The notes under the pieces were generated by a model, which worked only from the letters and a program-made list of their open reading frames with translations, had not been told where the DNA came from and ran no database searches. DNA of 64,000 bases, from the NCBI GenBank assembly GCA_018371855.1, contig JAHAKD010000002.1:73850-137849 (forward strand). Direction: 5' to 3'. How positions within the stretch are numbered: the first letter of the stretch is position 1; each line of letters begins with the position of its first letter. Of the stretch, positions 10,545 to 20,343 are shown piece after piece. The DNA is from Clostridium sp. (GTDB lineage: Bacteria > Bacillota > Clostridia > TANB77 > CAG-508). Made by a program: the position numbers and the translations under genes.

Positions 10545-12317
10545 ATGAAAAAAATTGCACCGTGGTTAACTTTATTAATTCCACCCATTATATGGGCAAT
10601 AATCGCATATTGGTTCGGAACCAATATTTCGCTTGGCTTTTTCGAAGGATCACTTTTTTGGTCTTCATTAGTCATAGTAGAACTAGTCATAAGTGGGATA
10701 ATTCTGTACTGTCAAGAGATTAAAATTGTGCCAGTAGTAGTAATTGGAGTAATTGTAATATTATTAAACATTATTGGCTTGGCTGGAGGAACAATGCTCT
10801 TTCAGTCTAATAATGCATATAAGCAACTGGGAGAGGTAGAAGAGAGTTCTTTTACAGATAGTATTATACCTATCGACAACACCCAAATCCCTACTGTTGA
10901 CGCTGATTTAGCATTAAAACAAGCAGAGAAAAAGTTGGGTGAGGAACCAGGACTTGGCTCTATTGTGGATGTTGGAAAATTCACTTTGCAACAGATAGAT
11001 GGTAAACTTACCTTTGTAGCTCCTTTAGAGCATAGCGGAATGTGGAAATATTTCGACAATAAAACCACACCCGGCTATATTACTGTGAGTGCAACTAATC
11101 CTGATGATGTGCAGTTGTTTCAGGAGCTTGATGGAAAAGAAATTAAGCTTCGGTATTTAGAAAGTGCATGCTTTGGAGATAAGCTTTTAAGACATATTAG
11201 AAATTCTGGCTATAGGACAACTGGTCTTACTGATATGTCATTTGAGCTTGATGAATCAGGTCGTCCATATTGGACAGTGACGACCTACGAAAACACAGCT
11301 TTCTGGGGATTGCCAGAAGCCAATGGAGTACTAGTTTGTGATGCGCAAACTGGTGAATGCAAATTATACTCTATAGACGAAGCACCGGAATGGATTGATA
11401 AGGTTCAGCCAGAGGACTTTATTAATGAACAAATCGATAATTACGGTAATTATGAAAAAGGATTCTGGAACTCCATTTTTGGAAAGAATGGTGTTATAAA
11501 CAAAACACCTGGACTTCTTACCGTTTATAATAACGGTGAGTGTTACTATTATACTGGTATGACATCTGTAGGAAATGATGACGCAACAACTGGATTTATG
11601 ATGGTAAACACAAGAACTAAAGAAGCTAAATCTTTCCAGATGGCAGGAGCAACAGAAGAGTCTGCACAGGCAAGTGCAGAGGGTAAAATCCAGGAGAAAG
11701 GTTATAATGCTACTCTTCCTGTACCAATTAATGTGCAGGGAATACCGACATATTTTATGACATTAAAAGATAAGTCCGGTTTGATTAAAGCCTATGCAAT
11801 GGTAAATATCGAGAATTATTCGATAGTTGCTACTGGTGAAAGTATCGACCAAGTTCAGCAAGCATATATAGATGCAATGTTGGCGAATGGCAATGATACT
11901 GTAATAGGCAGTGATGAGTCTTACAGTTACAATGTGGAAGGAACTGTAACTAGAATTTCCGCAAACATTTCTGAAGGAAATACCGTTTATTATATGATAA
12001 TAAACGGAGATACAACAAAACTGTATGTGGCTGTAAGTAAACTTTCTGAAGAACTTCCAATTACAAGAGAGGGAGATCATATAAAGATTTCCTATATTGA
12101 CGACAGTAATGGAACTGTGAATGTATCTAAATTTGACAATTTGGATTTTAAACAAGAAAAATCGAAAGACCAGCAAAAGAAGGATGAGCAGACAACTGAA
12201 GAAGGAGTATTAGAAGATGATGCGAATAAGGTTTACGAAGTAGACCCTGAAAAAGCTCAGAAAGAGTGGAATTCATTGACTGACGAAGAAAAAGCAAAGC
12301 TTCTTGAAGAACAATAG
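10545..12317 (+). CDS. membrane-anchored protein with a large extracytoplasmic domain (hypothetical), inside a GC-rich island
   Basis: Start MKKIAPWLTLL at 10545 with RBS AAAAGGAG; 3 N-terminal TM helices; local GC about 40% against a genome background near 27%. Confidence 0.5.
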   Translation: MKKIAPWLTLLIPPIIWAIIAYWFGTNISLGFFEGSLFWSSLVIVELVISGIILYCQEIKIVPVVVIGVIVILLNIIGLAGGTMLFQSNNAYKQLGEVEESSFTDSIIPIDNTQIPTVDADLALKQAEKKLGEEPGLGSIVDVGKFTLQQIDGKLTFVAPLEHSGMWKYFDNKTTPGYITVSATNPDDVQLFQELDGKEIKLRYLESACFGDKLLRHIRNSGYRTTGLTDMSFELDESGRPYWTVTTYENTAFWGLPEANGVLVCDAQTGECKLYSIDEAPEWIDKVQPEDFINEQIDNYGNYEKGFWNSIFGKNGVINKTPGLLTVYNNGECYYYTGMTSVGNDDATTGFMMVNTRTKEAKSFQMAGATEESAQASAEGKIQEKGYNATLPVPINVQGIPTYFMTLKDKSGLIKAYAMVNIENYSIVATGESIDQVQQAYIDAMLANGNDTVIGSDESYSYNVEGTVTRISANISEGNTVYYMIINGDTTKLYVAVSKLSEELPITREGDHIKISYIDDSNGTVNVSKFDNLDFKQEKSKDQQKKDEQTTEEGVLEDDANKVYEVDPEKAQKEWNSLTDEEKAKLLEEQ

Positions 12318-12330
12318 GAAGCTGTAAACA

Positions 12331-12363
12331 GTAGAGCGCGGTATACCGTGCTCTACACATTTT
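12331..12363 (+). terminator. rho-independent terminator
   Basis: GTAGAGCGCGG-tata-CCGTGCTCTAC followed by ACATTTT. Confidence 0.6.
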
Positions 12364-12478
12364 AGGATAATAATAGCCATATTTACAATATTATGTAAAT
12401 ATGGTATAATATAAGTTGTAACTAATAAAAAATACAACTCTGAACAATACAGAGGACACAAAAGAAAGGAGCTATAAA

Positions 12479-13096
12479 ATGGCTAAAGAAACAAAAGAAA
12501 AAATATTAGAAGAAAAGAGAAGTCGGTATTCAGCTGTAAGCATAATATTGCGTCAGATGTATGGGACAAGAATGGCAGGGATGCCAGGGTATATATTGCT
12601 TCAGGATGTAGTGTATAAGCATCTTGAAGATAAAACCCTAACAATGGATGAGCTTGTCGAATGGGCTTGTAAGCACTTTTCATTTCAAATTAGTGTAGAT
12701 GATGCGTATGATGAAATACTTCAGGTGGTTACACAAAATTTACCTGAAGCAGAGAATGGTGAGGATAATATAATGTTAATTTTACCAGATGTCTTGGCAG
12801 AGGCTACAAACTTGTACGAGAAAAAAATCATCTTCGAAAAGGTAGCGAAAGCAGTCCGCTCCTTGAAAATTCCTGCAATGATTGAGCAGGATGTTATTTC
12901 AATCCTATTTGAAATAAAGAGAGGAAAAACAATCGAAGAAGCATTAGAAAAGCTGGCGGACGAGGATGTTTTAGAGTTTGCAGAAGCGCTAAAAATGAAG
13001 GAAAAGCGGAGAAAAATAAAAGAGCTAAAGAATACAATTCTTCTAGCATTTCCATCAGAAATGGAAATGCTAGAATTCGCAGAGAATATCGATTAA
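12479..13096 (+). CDS. hypothetical cytoplasmic protein (205 aa), GC-rich island
   Basis: Own promoter TTTACA-17-TATAAT at 12381-12409; no family recognised. Confidence 0.4.
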   Translation: MAKETKEKILEEKRSRYSAVSIILRQMYGTRMAGMPGYILLQDVVYKHLEDKTLTMDELVEWACKHFSFQISVDDAYDEILQVVTQNLPEAENGEDNIMLILPDVLAEATNLYEKKIIFEKVAKAVRSLKIPAMIEQDVISILFEIKRGKTIEEALEKLADEDVLEFAEALKMKEKRRKIKELKNTILLAFPSEMEMLEFAENID

Positions 13097-13244
13097 TGCT
13101 AGGAGCCTACAGGATATGTTAAATATCTTGTAGGCTTTTGGCATTTATGCAAAATATAAAGAATTAAGTATTAATTTATTGACTTTTATAAATAAAATAA
13201 ATAAAATAAAGATATAGTTAAAAATATAAAAAAGGATGTAGAAA

Positions 13245-13442
13245 ATGGATGTAAAAATAATATTATCAATTGTAGGAGCATTAATATCACTAGCAGCAGT
13301 AGTTTTAATATATAATGCTCGAAAAATTGTAAGAGAAAGATTTAGTTTTGGAGACCAAAACAGCGGAGCGTTAGCTGTAAAAACTATTGGAATGGTCTTA
13401 TTTTGTGTAGGAATGTTAATAATATTTTTTAATTTAACATAA
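13245..13442 (+). CDS. small membrane protein (65 aa)
   Basis: Two hydrophobic helices; RBS present. Confidence 0.3.
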   Translation: MDVKIILSIVGALISLAAVVLIYNARKIVRERFSFGDQNSGALAVKTIGMVLFCVGMLIIFFNLT

Positions 13443-13463
13443 GAAACGAGGGGGAATTTACAA

Positions 13464-13943
13464 ATGAAACAATTAAGTTCAATTCTATCATTACTTTTTG
13501 CAGGATTATTCTGGGTTTTTAGGGTAGTACTTGCATATACAACTGCAACAGGAAAAGATTTAGGATTTCCAGTGCAAAATTTTACAACAGAAGTAATTTT
13601 ATTATTTGTTGTATTAATATTACTTGTATTTATTTATAAAAGAAATTTAATAGCCGGAATAATTTATTTATTAGTATATGCTGGTTATTTTGGACCACAA
13701 TTATTTAATGCGATTATGACCGTTGCAACATCTGATGGCTTAGCAGATATTTATACTTATGATACAATAATAGCTTCTACAATAGGTATTGCAGTGGCAT
13801 TATTTGCATTCCTAAATATATTAGTAGATAAAAATAGAGCAGCACATCCAACAGATAAGAAAACAGATTGGTTTTATAAAGGCGAAAAATATGATAGAAA
13901 AATGGATGAAAGAGCAGATAAAAACAATTACAGAACTTTATAA
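13464..13943 (+). CDS. membrane protein (159 aa, 4 predicted TM)
   Basis: RBS GAGGGGG; terminator follows. Confidence 0.35.
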   Translation: MKQLSSILSLLFAGLFWVFRVVLAYTTATGKDLGFPVQNFTTEVILLFVVLILLVFIYKRNLIAGIIYLLVYAGYFGPQLFNAIMTVATSDGLADIYTYDTIIASTIGIAVALFAFLNILVDKNRAAHPTDKKTDWFYKGEKYDRKMDERADKNNYRTL

Positions 13944-13952
13944 TAATATGTC

Positions 13953-13984
13953 AAGCAAGCTAAATATGATAGCTTGCTTTTTTA
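13953..13984 (+). terminator. rho-independent terminator
   Basis: AAGCAAGCT-aaatatgat-AGCTTGCTT followed by TTTTTAT. Confidence 0.6.
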
Positions 13985-14066
13985 TGTAAAATAGCATATA
14001 ATATTGTCGTGTAAAATAGCAGAATACAAGAAGAATTATTAAGAAATTAATTAGAGGTTATAATAA

Positions 14067-14810
14067 ATGTTTAATAAATATGCTATGGAAATTAAAAAAT
14101 TAAAAAGCTTTAATAAAAATGATATATTAAATGAAAAATTTTTACTAGAAAGTAAAGATAAGATGAAAATTTATTATGCTCCACATAACGAAATTATAAA
14201 TAAAAAAGCAAAAATATTTATTGTAGGGATTACTCCTGGATGGACGCAAACAGATATTGCATATAAAACAGCAAATAAAGGTTTAATTAATAACCTAGAA
14301 TATGAAAAAATAAAAATGGAATGCAAGAAAAATTCAAGATTTGCCGGAAGTATGAGAAAAAATTTAGTAGAAATGCTAGATGAGTTGAAATTAAATAAGA
14401 AGTTATATATTAATTCTTGTGTAGAACTATTTGAAAATAGAGATGATCTTTTACATACAACTTCTATAATTCCATATCCAGTCTTTATAGACAATAAAAA
14501 TTATACAGGTTCTAATCCTAAAATATTAGATGATGAATTATTATATTCTTATACAAAAGAATATTTTTATAAAGAAGTAGAGGAGATGAAAGATACATTA
14601 ATTATACCATTAGGTAAATCTGTGGAGGAAGTCTTAAAGTTTATGATAGAAGAAAATTTAATAAAAAAAGAACAATGTTTATTAGGTTTTCCTCATCCTT
14701 CAGGTGCGAATGGACATAGAAAAAGACAGTTTGCAGAAAATAAAGAACAATTATTAGAGAAAATTGATAAATATTTTAATAGCAAAGGAAGTGATAAATT
14801 TGAACATTAA
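14067..14810 (+). CDS. hypothetical protein, possibly of the uracil-DNA glycosylase superfamily
   Basis: Weak resemblance only (C-terminal GFPHPSGANGH resembles the UDG HPS motif). Confidence 0.3.
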   Translation: MFNKYAMEIKKLKSFNKNDILNEKFLLESKDKMKIYYAPHNEIINKKAKIFIVGITPGWTQTDIAYKTANKGLINNLEYEKIKMECKKNSRFAGSMRKNLVEMLDELKLNKKLYINSCVELFENRDDLLHTTSIIPYPVFIDNKNYTGSNPKILDDELLYSYTKEYFYKEVEEMKDTLIIPLGKSVEEVLKFMIEENLIKKEQCLLGFPHPSGANGHRKRQFAENKEQLLEKIDKYFNSKGSDKFEH

Positions 14811-15681
14811 CTGGTACCCAGGCCATATGGCAAAAACAAAAAGACAAATACAAGAAGACTTAAAATTAATAGATGTAGTAGTAGAACTATTAGATAGCAG
14901 AATACCAATATCTAGCAGAAATCCAGATATAAATACAATAGTAAAAGGAAAAAAGAAAATAATCGTATTAAACAAAAGTGATTTAGCTGATGAAAAAGAA
15001 ACAATAAAATGGGTAGAGTATTTTAAGACACAAAAAATTCCAGCAGTAATAACAGATTCGAATAGTGGAAAAGGAATAAAAGAAGTTATAAAACAAGCAG
15101 AGTTAATTATGAAAGAGGAGTTAGATAAAAGAGAAGAAAAAGGAAGAACTGGTAGAAAAATTAGAATAATGATACTAGGAATACCAAATGTAGGAAAATC
15201 ATCTTTTATAAATAGATTAGCTAATAAAAATTCTTTAGAGGTAGGTAATAAACCAGGTGTTACCAGAAAAAAACAATGGATAAAAATTAGTAATAGCATA
15301 GAACTTTTAGATACACCAGGGGTTCTATGGCCAAAATTTGAAAGTGATGAAGTAGCACTTAATTTAGCATATACAGGAACAATAAAAGATGATGTATTAG
15401 AAAAGACAGATGTAGCATTCTATTTTCTAAAATATATGCTAGAAAACGAAATAGATAAATTAGTAGCAAGATATAATTTAAGCAAACAAGAATTATTAAA
15501 TTCATTAGAAAATCAAACGAGACCAGAAAATGAAATAATATATGATATAATGTTAAAAATAGGAAAATTGCGTGGAGCAGTTGTTTCTGGTGGAAATGTA
15601 GATGATGTAAAAACTGCTAATATAATATTAGAAGATTTTAGAAGTGGTAAACTAGGAAGAATAACATTGGAGAAGGCTTAA
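14800..15681 (+). CDS. rbgA: ribosome biogenesis GTPase A (YlqF/RbgA)
   Basis: NINWYPGHMAK N-terminus; circularly permuted GTPase motifs (DARIP-like LDSRIP, GIPNVGKSS); TTG start at 14800 with RBS AAGGAAG overlaps the upstream stop. Confidence 0.8.
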   Translation: MNINWYPGHMAKTKRQIQEDLKLIDVVVELLDSRIPISSRNPDINTIVKGKKKIIVLNKSDLADEKETIKWVEYFKTQKIPAVITDSNSGKGIKEVIKQAELIMKEELDKREEKGRTGRKIRIMILGIPNVGKSSFINRLANKNSLEVGNKPGVTRKKQWIKISNSIELLDTPGVLWPKFESDEVALNLAYTGTIKDDVLEKTDVAFYFLKYMLENEIDKLVARYNLSKQELLNSLENQTRPENEIIYDIMLKIGKLRGAVVSGGNVDDVKTANIILEDFRSGKLGRITLEKA

Positions 15682-15706
15682 GTCAAATGAGAAAGGTAGG
15701 AAAACA

Positions 15707-16117
15707 ATGAGTAATATAGCAGAACCCAAAAGAACTCCAGATGAAGTCAACTTTTTAAATCCTTTAGTTTGGGCATATGTAGGAGATAGTGTTTATGAAT
15801 TATTTATAAGAACAAATTTAGTAAATAATTCGAATGAAAAAGTACATAAATTACATGTTAGTGCAATTAAATTTGTTAAAGCAGCAGGACAGGCTAAAAT
15901 TTTAAAAGCAATAGAAGAGGAATTAACAGAGGAAGAGAAAAATATAGTTCGAAGAGCAAGAAACACACAAAACCATCATATAGCAAAAAATGCTACACCA
16001 GCAGAATATGCATATGCAACAGCATTCGAAGGACTAATTGGGTATTTATACTTAACAAAGCAAGACGAGAGATTAAAATATATATTAAATAGAGCTTTAA
16101 AGGAAGGGAATAAATAA
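15707..16117 (+). CDS. mrnC: mini-ribonuclease 3
   Basis: 136 aa with an RNase III signature-like AYVGDSVYEL; size and motif fit Mini-III. Confidence 0.65.
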   Translation: MSNIAEPKRTPDEVNFLNPLVWAYVGDSVYELFIRTNLVNNSNEKVHKLHVSAIKFVKAAGQAKILKAIEEELTEEEKNIVRRARNTQNHHIAKNATPAEYAYATAFEGLIGYLYLTKQDERLKYILNRALKEGNK

Positions 16118-16118
16118 T

Positions 16119-17219
16119 ATGAATGAAGAGAAAAAAAAATATTATTCTAGGATATTGTTTAAAACAGTAGTTTTAATTTTTACTTTAGTACTATTATTTC
16201 TTGCATATAAACTTGCAATGTTTTATGTGCCATTTTTAATTGCATTTTTAATAGCTACAATGATAGAACCATTAATAAAATTTTTTATGAATAAGTGTAA
16301 ACTAAAAAGAAAGCCTTCGGCAACTATTTCATTAATATTCGTTGTTTTAATAATAGGCTCTTTGTTAGCAGTTTTAATTTCTGCAATTATATCTGAATCA
16401 AAAGTGTTATTAAATAATTTAAACTCATCAATGGATGGAGTATATAATTGGGGAATGGGGCTTATAAACAATTTGGCAAATGGAGAAATTGTTATACCAC
16501 AAGATTGGATTTCAGCAATACAAGATTCATTAGGAAGTATAGTTGAAGTTGTAAAAAATGTGTTATATAGTTTTGCTACTGGAATAATTAATTTTGCAGG
16601 AAGTATACCAGGAATAATTACATCTACAATTATAACAATTCTTGCAATAATTTTTATGTGCTTTGATAGGGAATATGTAAAAAAATTATTAAAAAATCAA
16701 ATTCCAAAAAAATGGCTAGAAAAAGCAAATGAGATAGTAGTAAAATCATTAAAGATAATTTGGAATTACATAAAAGCAGAAGCAAAATTATCTTTATTAT
16801 GTTTTGTTTTAGTCTCAATAGGATTGTGTATATTTAATTTATGTGGATTAAACATAGAATATGTTGCTATCATGGCAATATTAATAGGATTTGTAGATTT
16901 ATTACCACTATTTGGTGCAGGTTTTATAATGGTACCTTGGAGTATTATATTAATAATACAAGGTAATAGTGTTGCCGGAATTGCGGTATTTGTATTATGG
17001 CTTGCTTGGTCTGTTATAAAACAATTCTTAGAACCAAAATTTGTAAGCAAACAAATGGGAATGCATCCAATATTCACTTTATTAGGAATGTATACAGGAT
17101 TTAAACTATTTGGTGTAATTGGATTATTATTAGGACCAATTATATTCTTAGTTATAAGAGAGGTATTTTCTAATAATGTTAATAAGGGAATATTAAAAGA
17201 CTTTTTTGAATTGGAGTAA
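16119..17219 (+). CDS. AI-2E family transporter / sporulation integral membrane protein YtvI-like
   Basis: 366 aa, 8 TM topology typical of UPF0118/AI-2E permeases. Confidence 0.6.
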   Translation: MNEEKKKYYSRILFKTVVLIFTLVLLFLAYKLAMFYVPFLIAFLIATMIEPLIKFFMNKCKLKRKPSATISLIFVVLIIGSLLAVLISAIISESKVLLNNLNSSMDGVYNWGMGLINNLANGEIVIPQDWISAIQDSLGSIVEVVKNVLYSFATGIINFAGSIPGIITSTIITILAIIFMCFDREYVKKLLKNQIPKKWLEKANEIVVKSLKIIWNYIKAEAKLSLLCFVLVSIGLCIFNLCGLNIEYVAIMAILIGFVDLLPLFGAGFIMVPWSIILIIQGNSVAGIAVFVLWLAWSVIKQFLEPKFVSKQMGMHPIFTLLGMYTGFKLFGVIGLLLGPIIFLVIREVFSNNVNKGILKDFFELE

Positions 17220-17222
17220 AAA

Positions 17223-17912
17223 ATGGATAATAAAGAAATACGAGCTAAATTAATAGAACTAAGTGATGCAAAATATAAGGAATTTCATTCTGGTCTATGC
17301 CCAGGAATGGATACAGAAATGTTGGGAGTAAGTATTCCAAAAATAAGAAAATTGGCAAAAGAAATTGTAAAAGATAATCCGGAGGAATACTTAAAAAATC
17401 CCGAAGAAGACTATTACGAAGAACTAATGCTACAAGCATTAGTAATTGCAAATTTAAAAATAGATTTAGAAAAAAAGAAAGAATATATAATTAATTTTGT
17501 ACCAAAAATAAATTGTTGGGCAGTATGTGACAGTTTTTGTGCAGGATTAAAAGATGCAGACAAAAATCCAGAATTTTTTTGGAAAATTATAAGTAAGTAT
17601 TTTAAATCTAAAAAAGAATATGAAATAAGATTTGCAGTAGTTATGTTATTAGACCATTATGTAAAAGAAGAATATGTAAATGAAATTTTTAAAGTAATAG
17701 ATAATATAAAAAATGAAGAGTATTATGTAGAAATGGGAATTGCATGGCTTGTGGCAGAATTGTATATTAAATTTCCAAAACAGACAATGAAATATTTAAA
17801 AAATTGTAATTTAAATAAATTTACATATAATAAAGCTTTACAAAAAGCAAGAGAATCATATAGAGTAAGTAAAGAAGAAAAAGAAATTTTAAATAAAATG
17901 AAGAAAAAATAA
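17223..17912 (+). CDS. DNA alkylation repair protein (AlkD-like HEAT-repeat fold)
   Basis: 229 aa all-alpha repeat protein resembling the DNA_alkylation family. Confidence 0.5.
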   Translation: MDNKEIRAKLIELSDAKYKEFHSGLCPGMDTEMLGVSIPKIRKLAKEIVKDNPEEYLKNPEEDYYEELMLQALVIANLKIDLEKKKEYIINFVPKINCWAVCDSFCAGLKDADKNPEFFWKIISKYFKSKKEYEIRFAVVMLLDHYVKEEYVNEIFKVIDNIKNEEYYVEMGIAWLVAELYIKFPKQTMKYLKNCNLNKFTYNKALQKARESYRVSKEEKEILNKMKKK

Positions 17913-17927
17913 TAGGAGGAATATATA

Positions 17928-19157
17928 ATGAAAAAGCCAGAATTATTAGCACCAGCAGGGTCATACGAAAAGGCAAAAACAGCATTTAGATATGGAGCAG
18001 ATGCTGTATATTGTGGTACATCATCTTTATCTTTAAGAACAAGAGCAGAAATGAATGATGAAGCACTTGCGAAGACAATTGAATATGCACACAGCATAGG
18101 AAAAAGAGTACATGTTGCACTTAATATATTTGCTTGGGATAATAACTATGAAGAGATAAAAAAACAAGCAAAAATGTTACAAGATATGAAAGCAGATGGA
18201 ATAATTGTTGCAGATGGTGGCGTTGTAGAAACAGTAAAGGAATATGCACCAAATGTAGATATACATATAAGTACACAAGCAAACGTAGTAAGTTTAGAAT
18301 CAGCTAAATTTTGGTACAAAAATGGAGCAAAAAGAGTAATCTTAGCAAGAGAATTAAATAAAGAACAAATAAAATATATGATGCAAAATAAACCAGAAGA
18401 TTTAGAAGTAGAAATGTTTGCACATGGTGCAATATGCTTTGGATATTCAGGAAGATGTTTCTTAAGTGATTTCTTAGCTTGCAGAAGTGCAAATTTAGGA
18501 GATTGTGCACAAAGTTGTAGATGGGCATATAACTTATATGTAGAAGAGGCTAATAAGCCAGGAAATTTAATGCCAGTAGAAACAGACGAAAAAGGAACAT
18601 ATATATTTTCATCTAAAGATTTATGCTTAATACATGAAATACCAGAAATCGTAGACATGGGACTTGATAGCTTAAAGATAGAAGGAAGATTAAAAACAGA
18701 ATATTATTTAGCTACAATAGTAAATACATATAGAACTGCAATAGACGACTATGTTAAAGATCCTAAAAATTATAATGCAGATAAGTATATGCAAGAACTT
18801 GAAAAAACTAAAACAAGAGGATTAACAACTTTCTATTTTAATGATAGAAATAATAAAGATTTCCAAGAATATGAAGGAAAACAATATAATCCAAATTTTG
18901 AATTTGGTGGAAAAGTAGTAGAGACAAGTAATGGAAAAACTTCTGTAGAAATAAAGAATAAATTATCTGTTGGTGATGAAATGGAAATTATAATTCCAGG
19001 AAAAATAGAAGTAGTAAAATTTACTATAGAAAAATTATGGGATTATGAAACAGATGAGAAGATAGAAACAATAAACCCAGGAGTAAAAGATCAAAAAGTA
19101 AAAATGGAATTACCAATAGAAGTAGAAGAAGGTTGGATTATAAGAAGAAAAAAATAG
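17928..19157 (+). CDS. peptidase U32 family protein (collagenase-like)
   Basis: MKKPELLAPAGSYEKAKTAFRYGADAVYCG N-terminus and E-x-F-x-H-G-A-x-C motif (EMFAHGAICFGYSGRC) are U32 signatures. Confidence 0.8.
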   Translation: MKKPELLAPAGSYEKAKTAFRYGADAVYCGTSSLSLRTRAEMNDEALAKTIEYAHSIGKRVHVALNIFAWDNNYEEIKKQAKMLQDMKADGIIVADGGVVETVKEYAPNVDIHISTQANVVSLESAKFWYKNGAKRVILARELNKEQIKYMMQNKPEDLEVEMFAHGAICFGYSGRCFLSDFLACRSANLGDCAQSCRWAYNLYVEEANKPGNLMPVETDEKGTYIFSSKDLCLIHEIPEIVDMGLDSLKIEGRLKTEYYLATIVNTYRTAIDDYVKDPKNYNADKYMQELEKTKTRGLTTFYFNDRNNKDFQEYEGKQYNPNFEFGGKVVETSNGKTSVEIKNKLSVGDEMEIIIPGKIEVVKFTIEKLWDYETDEKIETINPGVKDQKVKMELPIEVEEGWIIRRKK

Positions 19158-19164
19158 GGAGTTA

Positions 19165-19192
19165 GGGAAATTGGGACGTTCCTTAAATCCCG
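19165..19192 (+). repeat. copy 1 of GGGA-TTT...GGGACGTTCC...AAATCCCG hairpin element (gggaaattgggacgttccttaaatcccg)
   Basis: 8 nt after the U32 peptidase stop and 34 nt before the next start. Confidence 0.8.
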
Positions 19193-19225
19193 CTAGAAGA
19201 AAAAAACTAAAGATAAGGTGATAAT

Positions 19226-20233
19226 ATGGTTAGTCTGGATAAAGAAAAAATATTAGCGGAAGTAAAAAAAATAAAAGAAGGAAAAGAAGATCGAAGCAAA
19301 TTAAAAGAATTAATAGGTGGAGAAGAACTAGAAGAGATTTTCGATGAACAAACAATAAGTAAATTGCAAGATATGTTAATACGAACAAATAAAGTTCATG
19401 ATTTGTTGGAAGAACAAGAAGGTTTTGATATCCTGGAAGGTTTGTTAAATAAAAGAATAACGGGAAATTTAGGAAAGTTTTATAATATTAAACCGGAATA
19501 TATATTAAGTTTAAAACCAGAAGAGCAAGCTAAACTTGCGCATAATTTTTCTGAAGGAGAACCGGTCTTAGAAGAACTTTTAAAAAAATTATGGTCACAA
19601 AATATAAAGACAAATGCTTGTGCAGGAGAAAAAGACAATGCATATTTATATGTAACGTTCTCAAAAAGTGATATAAATAATATTTCTAGAATGGAAGAGG
19701 TTTCTTCTAAGGATGAAACAAATGTTGATATAACTACATATGAAGATAGTATTTCTATAACCTTATATGGAAAGAAACCAGATTTATATAAAGATTTATT
19801 AGCAGAATTTAGTAAAGAAGACAAACCGAATCAGTTTATAAAAGAATTAATGGATTCTCTGGCATTCGAAAGAGAAGTTGCAGAAGCTACAGTCAGAAAT
19901 AATAGCACTGGAAAATATTCAGAAGAAGAAGTAGAGGAAATAATAGCAAATACTGCAAAAGAACTCCATGACCAACATGAAGAAGAAAAGATAATTTTAA
20001 CTGATGTAATTAATAGGGGACAAGGAGAAATTAATAGATTAGAAGAAGAAAACGAAAAATTAAAACAAAAATGTGATAAATTACATGAAACGAATGGAAG
20101 ATTAAAAAATTTTGTAGTGCATAGAATTGGTAAAATTCCGTTTTTAGGTAGAAGAGTATTAAAACTTATGAATGCAGAAGTAAAAGCTTTACCAGAAACA
20201 ACAGATAAGCTAGATCATTCTGAAAGGGATTAA
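19226..20233 (+). CDS. hypothetical coiled-coil protein (335 aa)
   Basis: Acidic and coiled-coil rich; no family recognised. Confidence 0.4.
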   Translation: MVSLDKEKILAEVKKIKEGKEDRSKLKELIGGEELEEIFDEQTISKLQDMLIRTNKVHDLLEEQEGFDILEGLLNKRITGNLGKFYNIKPEYILSLKPEEQAKLAHNFSEGEPVLEELLKKLWSQNIKTNACAGEKDNAYLYVTFSKSDINNISRMEEVSSKDETNVDITTYEDSISITLYGKKPDLYKDLLAEFSKEDKPNQFIKELMDSLAFEREVAEATVRNNSTGKYSEEEVEEIIANTAKELHDQHEEEKIILTDVINRGQGEINRLEEENEKLKQKCDKLHETNGRLKNFVVHRIGKIPFLGRRVLKLMNAEVKALPETTDKLDHSERD

Positions 20234-20343
20234 AATTATAGATATTGTTAAATAAAAAGTCTTAAAATAAATTTACTAAAAGATATTTAAGCTTTAGAAA
20301 TTTAAATTAAGACTTTTTTATGGTTCTATTTATATATGTAATC

